From the NCBI GenBank assembly GCA_033580375.1, contig GCA_033580375.1_4527.1: 64,000 bases of DNA. One strand, 5' to 3'. The notes under the pieces are model-generated. The model was not told the DNA's origin, searched no databases, and worked only from the letters and a program-made list of their open reading frames with translations. This document shows, piece by piece, positions 37,432 through 45,713 of this stretch (the stretch's first letter is position 1; every line of letters begins with the position of its first letter). Position numbers and translations under genes: made by a program. This DNA comes from a phage.

Positions 37432-38091
37432 TTAACCTCGATTCATAAATGCATTAAATATTTGGTCATCAACAGAAATTTCTAATTCGACTTCAATTGC
37501 TTCAGCCTTTTCTTCAGGTGGTAATTCGTATCCACACACTACAATTTTTTCATCGATATCAAAATATACAGAAGCAATATGATTAATGTTATTTTCAGTT
37601 AAGTCTAAATCAACATCAACATCTTTTTGACCTACACTTAAAGGATAACTAATACGGGTTATTTTATTATCTTTAACAAAGAGTCCACCAACATACTCTG
37701 TACTACGTTTGAAGTTTACACGTTTCCGAATTGAAAGATATGATGCATCTTTACCGTGGGCTCGGCTCATAGGACATAATGAATAACTAGAATAAGAGAT
37801 ATCAAATCCTACGCCTTCAACATGTGCCAGAGTATCATGAGTAAACCAATTATAGTCGTATGCCAAATCCATTAAATTATAATATGTGAATGGAACCGGA
37901 TTAACGTCATACGTTGTACCTTTAAAATCTGCCCAGGCAACGATTTCGTTATCTTTAACAATTACAAAAATTACACCAATATGGTATCCGTTATTATTTT
38001 CATTCGGCGTTATATTATAACATTGTGCATTAGGAAATTTACCATATTTAAATGGCGCGTTTTTGTGCATATAATAAATCATATTATTCAC
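37432..38091 (-). CDS. hypothetical protein
   Basis: 219-aa track ORF. Confidence 0.45.
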   Translation of the reverse strand: MNNMIYYMHKNAPFKYGKFPNAQCYNITPNENNNGYHIGVIFVIVKDNEIVAWADFKGTTYDVNPVPFTYYNLMDLAYDYNWFTHDTLAHVEGVGFDISYSSYSLCPMSRAHGKDASYLSIRKRVNFKRSTEYVGGLFVKDNKITRISYPLSVGQKDVDVDLDLTENNINHIASVYFDIDEKIVVCGYELPPEEKAEAIEVELEISVDDQIFNAFMNRG

Positions 38092-38377
38092 CTGTGATTT
38101 CGGTTACGATATCTTTGTTATCGAAATTAGGGTCACAATACAAAACATAGTTGTACTGCATGATACCGCCAGACTTAAGTTGTTCAACAACTTTATTAAC
38201 CATATTAGGACGGTCTCGTTTAGTGATGTTCATGATATCAGAGAAGATTTGTTGTTCAACATCTTCTTGATTTGCAGTCATTGACCACTCACAGAGGTCT
38301 TTATCATAACCTGCTGTAACTGGAGCTGGTGCACATGATACTGCAAGTAAGATTGCTGCCAATGATAACTTTTTCAT
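38084..38377 (-). CDS. sp: Spackle periplasmic protein Sp (lysozyme inhibitor / superinfection exclusion)
   Basis: 97 aa with signal peptide; GYDKDLCEWSMTA...DIMNI.KRDRP...QLKSGG.MQYNYVLYCD.NF.NK.I matches remembered T4 Sp. Confidence 0.8.
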   Translation of the reverse strand: MKKLSLAAILLAVSCAPAPVTAGYDKDLCEWSMTANQEDVEQQIFSDIMNITKRDRPNMVNKVVEQLKSGGIMQYNYVLYCDPNFDNKDIVTEITGE

Positions 38378-38440
38378 TTTAACTCCTTAGTTGATTTGAT
38401 AGGACTACTATACTATAGTCCATCTATAATGTAAACAAGT

Positions 38441-38689
38441 TTATTCTTTTTCGCGAATAATAATTACTTGTTGAGGCTGCTGAGCAGATTTCTTTTCGGC
38501 AACGATAGACCAAATTAAAGTTCCAATCCAACCAACCATCGTCCAGTTAAAGAGCAAAGATACAAAGAAGATTGCTGTTGTGCTTTTTGTGCCACGAATA
38601 AGTGCGATTACCCAAGGCAACATGTAAATGATGATTGAACCAATACCTGCGATTAAAACTGCTACTGAACTAGCTACGAATAATTCCAT
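38441..38689 (-). CDS. small integral membrane protein (two predicted TM helices; Imm-like?)
   Basis: 82 aa, hydrophobic (LIAGIGSIIIYMLPWVIALI...FFVSLLFNWTMVGWIGTLIWSIV). Confidence 0.45.
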   Translation of the reverse strand: MELFVASSVAVLIAGIGSIIIYMLPWVIALIRGTKSTTAIFFVSLLFNWTMVGWIGTLIWSIVAEKKSAQQPQQVIIIREKE

Positions 38690-38750
38690 GTTAATTTCCT
38701 CTTGATTTGTTATGTTTATAGTATCTTGTTTTAACTTTGGCGTAAACCAA

Positions 38751-39119
38751 TTAATTAAATTTGTTTAAACGTTCAATACACTGGACGTAGTTATTCGCGA
38801 TTTGTTTCTGGGTAGGCTCTTTACCAGTTGTTTCAACATAGCGAATGAATGCGATTTCAGTAGCCTGTAGACAATGTTCTTTAACGCGTTGTTCTTTTGT
38901 CAATGCTACAGTATCAGAGTCACGATAACGTTGAGCATGGGCATCGGCTTGAATCATTCGATTACCTACAGTAACCGGGTCTTCCACTTCAACTTTAGGT
39001 TGGTTGTACTGTTTAACATTCGGGTTATAAATCAATTGGCCAACATTATTAGGGATAAAGCCATGAGCACCACATCCAGTTAATCCGAATACCATTGCTA
39101 AAGCTATTAATTTTTTCAT
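38751..39119 (-). CDS. putative lipoprotein
   Basis: 122 aa; signal peptide with lipobox L-T-G-C (MKKLIALAMVFGLTGCG). Confidence 0.5.
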   Translation of the reverse strand: MKKLIALAMVFGLTGCGAHGFIPNNVGQLIYNPNVKQYNQPKVEVEDPVTVGNRMIQADAHAQRYRDSDTVALTKEQRVKEHCLQATEIAFIRYVETTGKEPTQKQIANNYVQCIERLNKFN

Positions 39120-39190
39120 TTCAATTTCCTCTGTAGTTGATAGAAAGATAGTAACACAGTATGCGGTGCTTGTAAACAGTTATTTTAAAA

Positions 39191-39379
39191 TTATCGAAAA
39201 TCTGCTTCAAAAACTTTCTCGTCATTAATAAATGCTTTAACTAATGCGTTGTTCACTTCAGCAAGTTGTACCGCAACCCACTCGATTTCTTCACGATCAC
39301 CTGATAACATGATATCTTTAGTGAACATCTCACCGCTTTTAAACCAGCCAATAAAAGTAATTTTAGTTAATTTGCTCAT
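39191..39379 (-). CDS. dmd: Dmd antitoxin (discriminator of mRNA degradation); track ORF trimmed to RBS-preceded Met
   Basis: ITFIGWFKSGEMFTKDIM...EVNNALVKAFINDEKVFEADFR matches remembered T4 Dmd; about 62 aa. Confidence 0.75.
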   Translation of the reverse strand: MSKLTKITFIGWFKSGEMFTKDIMLSGDREEIEWVAVQLAEVNNALVKAFINDEKVFEADFR

Positions 39380-39693
39380 ATTTCCTCGCAAAATGCCCAT
39401 TCAGCGTGATAAACTGTAGCACCTTTAGTATCATTCATTTGAACTACATCTACCGGAGAAATTACTCGATAGAGACGTGGTTCACCTCCATAAGAGCGTG
39501 CTGCTCGTCCTGCATAAATCTTTGCTAAACCGATATCTTCAGTAAAGAATACACGATCCAAGTTTTTCTTACGTCCGGTTTCAGACAGAACTCCTGTTTC
39601 TTCAGGAGGACAAAGCATGTTTTCGATGTTAGCTGAACTACTTGAACCGTGATAAAAAATCTTAAATTCTGCTTTACAATCAATGGTTTTCAT
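39376..39693 (-). CDS. hypothetical protein
   Basis: 105-aa track ORF; ATGA-type overlap with dmd start. Confidence 0.4.
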   Translation of the reverse strand: MKTIDCKAEFKIFYHGSSSSANIENMLCPPEETGVLSETGRKKNLDRVFFTEDIGLAKIYAGRAARSYGGEPRLYRVISPVDVVQMNDTKGATVYHAEWAFCEEI

Positions 39694-39748
39694 TTTGTTC
39701 TCCAGTAGTTGATATGTCTATAATAACACAACTACTGGAGAAGTAAAC

Positions 39749-40123
39749 TTAAAAACGTAATTTAGATATATCTGCGTTGATTTCGTTTTGGTTTGCGTCG
39801 TATGCAATTAAACGAACCGCTTTAGATGGGTCATTCAATGCATAGAAATGATGGAACATTGCTCGAACGATATCACCATTTACGAGTTCTACCTGGATAG
39901 GAGAACCTTTTTCGAGTTGGAAATGTTCATAAGCTTTGATGGTTCGCAGATAATCAAGTTTTTGATTTCCGGCTCCAACGATTTGTACGATACGTTTGCC
40001 CATGTTTTCCATACGAGATACAATAGTTTTAGGAGCAAGAATAACGTAGGTTGCCAGCGGAGAAACTACTTCAACAGTTGTGTTTTCGGTGATTGCAGTA
40101 AAAATTGCTTGAGACATATTCAT
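39749..40123 (-). CDS. hypothetical protein
   Basis: 124-aa track ORF preceded by early promoter. Confidence 0.45.
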   Translation of the reverse strand: MNMSQAIFTAITENTTVEVVSPLATYVILAPKTIVSRMENMGKRIVQIVGAGNQKLDYLRTIKAYEHFQLEKGSPIQVELVNGDIVRAMFHHFYALNDPSKAVRLIAYDANQNEINADISKLRF

Positions 40124-40152
40124 AATGTTTTCCTCTTGGTTGGTGTAAGTAC

Positions 40153-40182
40153 ATCATATCATGCCTAGAGGAAGATGTAAAC
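40153..40182 (-). promoter_or_regulatory. T4 early-type promoter (GTTTACA-18-TATGAT, minus strand)
   Basis: Minus strand GTTTACAtcttcctctaggcatgaTATGAT about 30 nt upstream of 40123 ATG, directly after the gene 41 terminator hairpin. Confidence 0.5.
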
Positions 40183-40189
40183 CCCGAAA

Positions 40190-40210
40190 GGAGACCGAAG
40201 TCTCCTTTTT
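40190..40210 (-). terminator. Terminator-like hairpin (GGAGAC-UUCG-GUCUCC) just after gene 41; orientation ambiguous (T5 tract on plus side, UUUCGGGGUUU on minus side)
   Basis: Perfect stem with UUCG/CGAA loop; same stem as the gene 35 terminator. Confidence 0.45.
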
Positions 40211-40211
40211 A

Positions 40212-41654
40212 TTAAAATTTTAACTCATTGGCTAAGCTATCTAGGTCAGCCCGTGTTGCCTTGGCTTTACCTACGCGTTCCGTGCGATTCACCTCTGCCT
40301 GACGCATCTGAGCACCTGCGTTTTCATTTACCGTGTTAGGTGTGTTCATGCCTTCTTGCTCAATCTCAACCCATTTCTGATTGCCTTTACGTACACCCAT
40401 CAAGAACTTGTTCCACTTATTCTTATCACCATATCGTGATTTGATTTGTTTGATAAGTTGTTGTTCAGCTTGTGCAAGTTCTTCGGTTTCAATTACGGCC
40501 AACATGAAATCTGCTGTCGCCGGTAAACCTGCTGATTCTGCAATATCACTCATGTTCATGTCTGAAGCATCCCATGCTGCACGTCCTACTTGAGCTGCAG
40601 TCCATAGAACTGTTTCAGATTCTACTGCTAATGCACGAAGTTCTTCTGCGATAGCTTTAACTAATGTGTAACTATTTTCAGTGTAAACTCTGATACGACA
40701 AGACCCACAAATACCTAAGTAATCGACTATAATTACAGACGGCACAAAGTTCTTCTTAAGTTTCAATTCATTAAGCAATGCACGGAATGTATTAGCATTA
40801 GCTCCACCAGTAGGATACTGTTTAACTACTAAACGTCCTAATGTTGATTTTGAACGCCATTTTTCCATCTTGGCTTTATATTCAGCATAAGATACGTTAC
40901 CATCATCGATATCATCGAGTGATACGTCAAGCATGTTTGCATCTATACGCTTAGCACAAACTTCTTCAGCCATTTCCATGGAAATATAAAGAACATTATG
41001 TCCTGTTTGAAGATAATCTGCAGCAAGTGAACAAAGGCCTAAAGATTTACCAACGTTAACACCAGCCATTAAAACGTTTAGTGTACCTGTTTCTGCACCA
41101 CCTTTAGTGATTTTATTCAGAATGTTTAATTTGAACGGGACCTTACGTGCTTTATTTAGATAAGAAAGCCAGCGTGATTCGTAGTCTTCCATCCAGTCAT
41201 GACCAACATAACTATCAAACGAAATTGAAAGTGCTTGACGCATAATATCAGGAATAGCTCCTACGTCAGGCATTTTCTTGTTACGTTGTTCTGGAGGTAG
41301 TTCGGCATTAGTCTGAATCTCAATGATTTTGGACGTGGCATTATACATCGCTTTTTGCTGGACATATTTCTCAGTTTCTTTAACCAACCATTCGTGGTCT
41401 TCAGGAGTATCAGCCAATTTTTCAATTAGGTCTGAAGTTCCTTTATATTCGGCTTCAGTTAAAGAACTGTTATCTAAAGCCACCTTTAATGCATTGATAG
41501 ATGGCATTGCATTATATTCGTTAACGTGGCTCTTTATAATTTTAAAGACATTTTTTGCCGGTCCACGCTCAAAATACTCAGAATCCATATAAGGCCAGAC
41601 CTTAGAAAAATAAGCCTGGTCGTATACGAGATGAGACAAAATAATTTCTACCAC
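40212..41654 (-). CDS. 41: Replicative DNA helicase gp41 (DnaB-like)
   Basis: 480 aa (T4 gp41 475 aa); Walker A GVNVGKS, DnaB-family motifs. Confidence 0.9.
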   Translation of the reverse strand: MVEIILSHLVYDQAYFSKVWPYMDSEYFERGPAKNVFKIIKSHVNEYNAMPSINALKVALDNSSLTEAEYKGTSDLIEKLADTPEDHEWLVKETEKYVQQKAMYNATSKIIEIQTNAELPPEQRNKKMPDVGAIPDIMRQALSISFDSYVGHDWMEDYESRWLSYLNKARKVPFKLNILNKITKGGAETGTLNVLMAGVNVGKSLGLCSLAADYLQTGHNVLYISMEMAEEVCAKRIDANMLDVSLDDIDDGNVSYAEYKAKMEKWRSKSTLGRLVVKQYPTGGANANTFRALLNELKLKKNFVPSVIIVDYLGICGSCRIRVYTENSYTLVKAIAEELRALAVESETVLWTAAQVGRAAWDASDMNMSDIAESAGLPATADFMLAVIETEELAQAEQQLIKQIKSRYGDKNKWNKFLMGVRKGNQKWVEIEQEGMNTPNTVNENAGAQMRQAEVNRTERVGKAKATRADLDSLANELKF

Positions 41655-41663
41655 GATAACTCC

Positions 41664-42026
41664 TTAAAAGAATTTAAATTTTTTCTTGGTTCGTTCATTA
41701 AAAGCTTGTTGTACCTGCATTGTAACACATTTTTCAACATGCGGCGCAAGTTCTGCTTTTCTGTCCTGGTCAAGAACTGCAAAGTCCATTACGATTTTAC
41801 CATCAACCCAGTCTAGTTTTGTAATATAGACTATATGATGAGAACCGTCTTCAAGTGTAATCAGAATCTCTTGAATGACGTTTTCCATTGCTGAACGGAT
41901 AATTTTAAGAGATTCATTAAACACTCGTTCTTTGCGAATGTCTTCCCCTTCCGAAGAAGGGGATTCATCAACGATTTCTAGATTTAAATCATCGAGATTA
42001 TTCATCGAAATCTTCCATTTCGTCAA
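41664..42026 (-). CDS. hypothetical protein at the gene 40 position
   Basis: 120-aa track ORF between uvsX and 41; assignment positional only. Confidence 0.4.
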   Translation of the reverse strand: MTKWKISMNNLDDLNLEIVDESPSSEGEDIRKERVFNESLKIIRSAMENVIQEILITLEDGSHHIVYITKLDWVDGKIVMDFAVLDQDRKAELAPHVEKCVTMQVQQAFNERTKKKFKFF

Positions 42027-43170
42027 GGTCGTTTTCTATATCTGCTGCAGATGGAGCATCAGAAGTTTTAACCGGAACTTTAGTTGTTGCTTTGCAATTA
42101 ATAAGGTCGTTAACTGCGTCATCAACTTCTTTAATAGAAGAGATAGCGCCTAGTTTATATTTAGTTTCAATTGCATCTCGGAAAGGTTTGTGTTTAAACA
42201 ACGGTCCCCAGAATTCTACGCAATCAGTAGCTTTAGCACGCCATGATTTCTCTTCACGAATCATTTCACCTGTTTCTTCGTCAAGGAATTCACGAGCATA
42301 CCAACCGGCTTTAGGTTTAACCACAAAACCAATTTCAGTTGCCATTTCTAACAAGCCACTGAATGGGTCAATACCGCCATCAAAATTAACCGTGATCGGG
42401 AAAGTAGATTTCTCTTTAACAGTACGAGATTTTTCTGCTTTCAACGTGAAGTCATAACCGGTCAATTCTGTACCTTCTTTAACCTGACGTTTAGAGATAA
42501 AGAATACAGTGTTAGCAGAGTAAAGAATACCTGTACCACCACCCATAATCTCTTTAGGATATAGTCCACCGATTTCCATTGCTGTATGGTTAATTGCAAC
42601 ACATGGAATATCTTTAATAGTCAGATACGGGGTCACAATACGGAACAGAGATTTAAGTGCCTTAGCACGAGACATATCACCTACGACTTTCTCGTTCAAT
42701 GCATCTTCGGTTTCTTTCTTAGATGCAGTATTACCGATTGAATCGATAAAGATAATAACTTTATCACCGCGTTCAATAGCGTCAAGCTGATTAGTCATAT
42801 CAACTTTAAGTTGTTCGACGGACTGAATTGGTGTGTGAACTACACGGTCTAAATCAACACCCATTGAACGAAAATAAGATTCTGAAGCACCGAATTCTGA
42901 ATCATAGAACAAACAAATTGCATCTTTATATTTCTTCATATACGCTGCAACCATGGTCAGCCCAAACAATGTTTTAAAATGTTTAGAAGGTGCAGCAAAA
43001 ATAGTCAAGCCTGATTGCAATCCTGCATTCAGAGCACCACCTAGTGCAATATTCAACATCGGAATACGAGTAGGGACTTCATCGCGATTATTAAACAGCT
43101 TAGACTTAGTCAAGTCTGCAGTCATTTTAGAAGTAGAAGCTTTAATCAGACGAGATTTTAAATCAGACAT
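41998..43170 (-). CDS. uvsX: RecA-like recombinase UvsX
   Basis: 390 aa (T4 UvsX 391 aa); N-terminus MSDLKSRLIKASTSK.TA.L.KSK.FN..D...RIPMLNIALGG; RecA core. Confidence 0.9.
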   Translation of the reverse strand: MSDLKSRLIKASTSKMTADLTKSKLFNNRDEVPTRIPMLNIALGGALNAGLQSGLTIFAAPSKHFKTLFGLTMVAAYMKKYKDAICLFYDSEFGASESYFRSMGVDLDRVVHTPIQSVEQLKVDMTNQLDAIERGDKVIIFIDSIGNTASKKETEDALNEKVVGDMSRAKALKSLFRIVTPYLTIKDIPCVAINHTAMEIGGLYPKEIMGGGTGILYSANTVFFISKRQVKEGTELTGYDFTLKAEKSRTVKEKSTFPITVNFDGGIDPFSGLLEMATEIGFVVKPKAGWYAREFLDEETGEMIREEKSWRAKATDCVEFWGPLFKHKPFRDAIETKYKLGAISSIKEVDDAVNDLINCKATTKVPVKTSDAPSAADIENDLDEMEDFDE

Positions 43171-43269
43171 TGTATTTTTCCATAGGCATCATTATATTTT
43201 ACTCATGTTTAAAAGATAAGATGATTATATACTAATGATTATACAGCATTTAAAACTTTAAACAGGCTC

Positions 43270-43818
43270 TTAACGAGCCCATTTGATGATTTCTGTAATC
43301 AAATCATTACGTTCGCTTGCATTAAATCCTATAACTTTGTTAGCACCATCATGATTAAGTAATTGATACGTTTGGATTTTGTTATGAATTGCAAACTCTT
43401 CAAAATGTGAAATGACTGTATTAAAACTGAGTGAAGACAAAGTAATAAGATCGTCTTCAAAACTTTCAGTCATTTCGTTACGTGTTAAAATAATTGTGAA
43501 CACGTCATGGTTTTGGCAAAGACGAACATAATCCTGCTCATAAACATCAAGAACCGAGTCCGCATCTTGTCGAATACGTCCATAAACCCAGTTACTAATA
43601 TATCCACGGTCTAACAGATAAATCTTAGTAGGGTCTAAATAATTCAACATCGTTTCGAAACAACCAACTTCATTTCGAGACTTAACATCGAAACGTCCAT
43701 CAACTGTTCGTTTAGGGAAATCAATCTTTACATATCTTTCACTAATTTCCATTATGACATTAATGAAAGTTGTTTTGCCGGCATTATCTGGGCCATCTAC
43801 TAAAATAATTTTAGCCAT
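43270..43818 (-). CDS. P-loop kinase-like protein (thymidylate/dNMP-kinase fold); function unknown
   Basis: 182 aa; Walker A ILVDGPDNAGKTT near N-terminus, DRGY motif (LLDRGYISNWVYG) like the DRY/DRX motif of nucleoside monophosphate kinases. Occupies the slot of T4 beta-gt. Confidence 0.5.
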   Translation of the reverse strand: MAKIILVDGPDNAGKTTFINVIMEISERYVKIDFPKRTVDGRFDVKSRNEVGCFETMLNYLDPTKIYLLDRGYISNWVYGRIRQDADSVLDVYEQDYVRLCQNHDVFTIILTRNEMTESFEDDLITLSSLSFNTVISHFEEFAIHNKIQTYQLLNHDGANKVIGFNASERNDLITEIIKWAR

Positions 43819-43819
43819 T

Positions 43820-44716
43820 TTATTCCTCGATTACGACATCTTCGTATTTAGGTATATTATACGGCGAAGAAATTAAAGCATTAAAGTAGATGAACTCACC
43901 AAGACCTGGATGGAATACTTCTTCAGGATTTTCGAAATATTGAATCTTCGGACGTCCTTTAAGAATTTGATAGTACTCAGTTTTAGTTGGTTTAAAAATT
44001 CGAATCAGCGCTTCTTCAGGATACTTATTTCTGTCGAAGCTATTATTTGGATCGGTTATATAAAGTGGTTGTCCTAATTGAATTGCACATTCAACCACTT
44101 GTTCAAAATGATAACACGGATCACTAATTCGAAATGGATGAAAAATACCATCTACATGAATAGGAGCCAAATCACCTACAAGACGCTGCATGATGGAAGG
44201 ACGTATAACTTTCTGCGTTACGATAATCTTATTATCTGCGCCAGCGTTAACCAGCACTTCTTTTTGACGTTCATTCAACACAGTAGTTTGAAGTGAACGA
44301 TTAACCGACAACATGTCGGTTTTTAAGAATTCGTCAATATAAAAACGTGGTTTATTAGGGTCTGCAGTGATATTGAAATTGAATTCTACATCAAAAGCGC
44401 CGTCATATCCAGTGATATCTGTGATTAGAAAATCACAATCATAATAAGCAATTAATGAATCAACAACAAATTCATTTTCAGACCAGAAATATTTACGAGT
44501 GTTATACGCGTTATCTTTATACCATAATGGAACAAACTTAAATTCTGGGAAAAGACGTTCACATTCTTTAATATCAGATGCATTACGTGGATATGTAATC
44601 ACATCACCCGGATTAGCACGGTGCAAATGAAGTTGGAAGTTGCCATCCTTAAGGATAGCATACTGTCCAGTTTCATAAGACCGCATACTCAAGATTGGTA
44701 CGCGGAAAATAGCCAT
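43820..44716 (-). CDS. hypothetical protein (298 aa) in beta-gt position; no motif recognised
   Basis: Track ORF tightly packed (2-nt gap to next gene, 1-nt overlap with gene 42 homolog). Confidence 0.4.
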   Translation of the reverse strand: MAIFRVPILSMRSYETGQYAILKDGNFQLHLHRANPGDVITYPRNASDIKECERLFPEFKFVPLWYKDNAYNTRKYFWSENEFVVDSLIAYYDCDFLITDITGYDGAFDVEFNFNITADPNKPRFYIDEFLKTDMLSVNRSLQTTVLNERQKEVLVNAGADNKIIVTQKVIRPSIMQRLVGDLAPIHVDGIFHPFRISDPCYHFEQVVECAIQLGQPLYITDPNNSFDRNKYPEEALIRIFKPTKTEYYQILKGRPKIQYFENPEEVFHPGLGEFIYFNALISSPYNIPKYEDVVIEE

Positions 44717-45432
44717 TAGTCAAGGAATCCTTTAACATAATCAAAATCACGTTCAAACACATGGGCACTTACCATGGTATGAGTATAATCACCAACTTCT
44801 ACACCGCATTCGTTAGCGATATAATGAAGTAATTTTCCTTGGAGATAAAAATCCAACTGCATAACAACAGCACAGTTCTGAGAACGCATATGACAGTGGG
44901 TATAAAGCTTACCATCACGAATATAATAAGTCACTGAGTCAGTACATGGATATTCAAGTGTTTCATCTGAATCAAGCAAAGCCTGATCAGAACTTTCTAG
45001 AATTTGGAACACAACTCTTCGAGAGTTAGGTTTTTCTTTAAGTTCTTTTAGAAGAGCTGGTAATTGAGCCGCAATGCGAGGACCATAGAAAGTGTTGAAG
45101 TTTGCAGGCAAAGCATCTGATTTTGGTTTAGAAATAAATTTAGCGACATTAGGATATGCCTTAAACGCTTCTTCTGCATCAGTACCACCGGAAATCATAA
45201 ACTTCCAGAAGTCTTCGGCATATTCATAAGATATGCGATTAATACGTGGGTCGGTCATTTTGAATGATGATGGAGTGTCAACAACTACTGTCATAGACCC
45301 AATTTCATTACAACGTCCAATACGAGAATCAGTTACGAATTCTGGGTTTTCTAAAATTTCACGATTGACTGCTTTAAATGCGGTTTGAAAATCTGCGGCT
45401 TTGATATATTTCATTGTGTTATGTTTTCCCAT
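44716..45432 (-). CDS. 42: dCMP hydroxymethylase (thymidylate-synthase superfamily), gene 42 homolog
   Basis: 238 aa; catalytic region YPCTDSVTYYIRDGKL...HMRSQN...MQLDFY aligns by eye with T4 gp42 FMCTNTVQYLIRDKKI...NMRSND...FRNDY (Cys148 nucleophile, Asp179 equivalent retained). Confidence 0.7.
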   Translation of the reverse strand: MGKHNTMKYIKAADFQTAFKAVNREILENPEFVTDSRIGRCNEIGSMTVVVDTPSSFKMTDPRINRISYEYAEDFWKFMISGGTDAEEAFKAYPNVAKFISKPKSDALPANFNTFYGPRIAAQLPALLKELKEKPNSRRVVFQILESSDQALLDSDETLEYPCTDSVTYYIRDGKLYTHCHMRSQNCAVVMQLDFYLQGKLLHYIANECGVEVGDYTHTMVSAHVFERDFDYVKGFLD

Positions 45433-45557
45433 GTTTACCTCAATACAATTTATTATATACTCAATTCGTAAAGCTTATTTGAATTTCTTGGCAATGTTGA
45501 TATAACGTAAAGCTTCAGCATCGATACTTCCAAGAACACTATGAAGAAATGCATCAG

Positions 45558-45713
45558 CTTAGTATTCTAATTGAACAGGTTCTTTAATCACTTTAGCCGC
45601 TTTGGTTTCAAACAGGCCCATAAGGGCCTTTTTAAGAATTTGTTCGTTAGTGTTCAGTTTCATAGTCAAAATCTCTTCATTAAGTTTATAATTAAAAGCT
45701 TTTCTAGAAATCA
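45558..45713 (-). CDS. small ORF (~51 aa) translationally coupled (ATGA) to the U32 gene; coordinates approximate
   Basis: Hand translation MISRKAFNYKLNEEILTMKLNTNEQILKKALMGLFETKAAKVIKEPVQLEY; start overlaps U32 stop. Confidence 0.25.

Noticed and set aside
40190-40210. Plus-strand intrinsic terminator (hairpin + T5) after gene 41
   Set aside because: Sequence fits a plus-strand terminator but there is no plus-strand transcription unit nearby; kept only as an orientation-ambiguous hairpin serving the minus-strand unit.
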